Part shown: one piece after another, positions 30,729 to 32,000 of the stretch
How the letters are laid out: every line of letters starts with the position of its first letter
Numbering within the stretch: the first letter of the stretch is position 1
From: Ktedonobacterales bacterium
Lineage (GTDB): Bacteria; Chloroflexota; Ktedonobacteria; Ktedonobacterales; JADMIN01
NCBI GenBank assembly: GCA_030167145.1
Contig: CP126532.1
Location: 4,230,001-4,262,000 of the forward strand
DNA: 32,000 bases
Direction: 5' to 3'
Position numbers and translations under genes: made by a program
The notes under the pieces: model-generated
The model's input: only the letters and a program-made list of their open reading frames with translations
Told to the model about the DNA's origin: nothing
The model's database searches: none

Positions 30729-31694
30729 ATGTCTTTATCCTTGCCCGCGGGATTCATTGCGCGTGGAATGCGCGCGAACGACGCCGCGGTGATTCGCGGA
30801 CTGGTGAGCGATTGCCAGCGTGCGGAGTTTGGCGTGCCTGACCCGGCGATGCTCGAGGGCGTTGAGCTGACCTGGGGCGCGCCGGGCTTCGATGGCGAGC
30901 GCGACGCGTGGGCCATCAGCGCGCCAGGCGGGCGGCTTGCGGCGTATGCGCACCTCGGCCCCACACGCATGCATGAGTACGTCCACGCTTTCGTACACCC
31001 TGACTTTTCCGGGCGCGGTCTCGGCTCGTGGCTGATTCAGCAATCGGAGGCGCGTGCGCGGCAACGCCTGGCGGAGCATTCGTTCTCGGATGGAACGGCT
31101 GGGGATGGCGGCAGGTTGGAGCAGTGGGTGGCCGCGCCGAATATGGCGGGCCACGAACTCATGCGCCAGCACGGCTATGACGAGGTGCGGCACATCTGGG
31201 GCATGGTGATTGCGCTGGCCGCGCCGCCGGAGCCGCTAGAGACACCCCCAGGCATTACGATACGCGCTGCCGTGACGGAAGATGATCTGCGCCGCGCCCA
31301 CGCCGCCAATGATGAGGCGTTTCGCGATTCCTGGCACTATGAGCCGCGCACCTACGAGCAATTTCGGTCGCAACTGGTGGATATTCCAGCATTTGATCCG
31401 TCGCTGTGGCTGCTGGCGCTGGATGGCGACGAGGTGGTTGGCACGGCGCTGGGCGAGGTGCTGGGCGAGCGCGGCTGGATCAACGAGGTGACGGTGCGGT
31501 GTCCGTGGCGGGGGCGTGGTGTGGCCATTGCCTTGCTGCACCGCGCTTTTGGCGAGTTCTATCGGCGTGGCATCCGTGAGGTGGGGTTGGGCGTGGACGC
31601 GCAGAATCCGACGGGCGCGACCCGGCTCTACCAGCGCGCGGGCATGCGCGTAGAACGCCAGTATGACGTATTCGAGAAAGTCATCAAGGGATAG
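30729..31694 (+). CDS. Two-domain GNAT N-acetyltransferase (MshD-like architecture)
   Basis: Two acetyl-CoA motif-A copies (HPDFSGRGLGSWLI and CPWRGRGVAIALL), with ATRLYQRAGMRV at the C-terminus. Confidence 0.75.
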   Translation: MSLSLPAGFIARGMRANDAAVIRGLVSDCQRAEFGVPDPAMLEGVELTWGAPGFDGERDAWAISAPGGRLAAYAHLGPTRMHEYVHAFVHPDFSGRGLGSWLIQQSEARARQRLAEHSFSDGTAGDGGRLEQWVAAPNMAGHELMRQHGYDEVRHIWGMVIALAAPPEPLETPPGITIRAAVTEDDLRRAHAANDEAFRDSWHYEPRTYEQFRSQLVDIPAFDPSLWLLALDGDEVVGTALGEVLGERGWINEVTVRCPWRGRGVAIALLHRAFGEFYRRGIREVGLGVDAQNPTGATRLYQRAGMRVERQYDVFEKVIKG

Positions 31695-31715
31695 CGAGAA
31701 AGAGAAAACGAGACG

Positions 31716-32000
31716 ATGACCACGAGCACAATTGTGATTCCGGCGGGGTATGCATTGCGCCACCCGACACGGGAAGACATTCCGGCGCTGATCGCGCTGA
31801 TTGACGCGCACGACCGCGCCCACTATGGCGTATCTGACCCGTATACCGAGGAGGATATTCTTGGCGACTGGAAGCATCTGAAGGCTGAAACCGACGCCTG
31901 GGTGATGATGGCGGCGAACGGCGAGATTGCGGGCTATGCCACCGCGACGGATTGGGGTTACGGCCAGCTTGGCATAGATGGCTATGTCAATCCGAAGCAC
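31716..32000 (+). CDS. GNAT N-acetyltransferase paralogue, 5' part only (runs off the window)
   Basis: ATG at 31716, open to the window end (95 codons, absent from the track because there is no stop). MTTSTIVIPAGYALRHPTREDIPALIALIDAHDRAHYGVSDP parallels the N-terminus of the preceding gene (LPAGFIARGMRANDAAVIRGLVSDCQRAEFGVPDP). Confidence 0.6.
   Translation, partial: MTTSTIVIPAGYALRHPTREDIPALIALIDAHDRAHYGVSDPYTEEDILGDWKHLKAETDAWVMMAANGEIAGYATATDWGYGQLGIDGYVNPKH

Noticed and set aside
30063-31694. The HTH protein plus GNAT as a GNAT/HTH toxin-antitoxin pair (TacT/AtaT type).
   Set aside because: GNAT toxins are single-domain proteins of about 170 aa encoded immediately next to a small DUF1778/RHH antitoxin. 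Here the acetyltransferase is a 321-aa double-GNAT enzyme with a paralogue downstream, the regulator is 199 aa, and a 66-bp gap separates them.

Overview
High-GC (roughly 65%) bacterial chromosomal window. The taxon cannot be fixed from this window; the protein content (GerMN lipoprotein, several DinB proteins, a RIO kinase) fits a Chloroflexota- or Actinomycetota-like lineage, at low confidence. I support 29 protein-coding genes, one of them frameshifted. I found no rRNA, tRNA, cas gene, transposase or integrase. Most genes are housekeeping or metabolic: rpiA, holB, xylB, ddl, a lipoate-ligase-like gene, an HD hydrolase, a dipeptide epimerase, an RNase D-like exonuclease, and small DinB, cupin, SnoaL, ABM and GNAT enzymes. 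Two restriction-modification systems interrupt this backbone. The first is a Type III mod-res operon (4384-8876); the central third of mod is about 20 GC points below its flanks, and Mod carries a long C-terminal extension ending in a PKD/Ig-like segment. The second is a low-GC Type II pair: a Dam-like N6A methyltransferase (22995-23885) and a NotI-family endonuclease (24017-24943). A secreted seven-bladed beta-propeller gene (16412-17677) is also low-GC, and a PIG-V-like membrane glycosyltransferase (17909-19134) is broken at a G9 homopolymer. The least explained signal is non-coding. Families of short GC-rich hairpin modules fill at least seven intergenic sites. They include three degenerate arrays with a 71-73 nt period (near 1515, 3810 and 14647) and a 143-bp element bounded by 12-bp inverted repeats (9522-9664). 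Two Shine-Dalgarno-led mini-ORFs encoding related 21-24 aa peptides, and a recurrent TGnTATACT / AGTATACT promoter-like pattern, are also worth a look. I did not find a convincing new multi-gene defence system beyond the two R-M systems. All family calls come from motif recognition without database searches. Hand-derived coordinates may be off by 1 nt.
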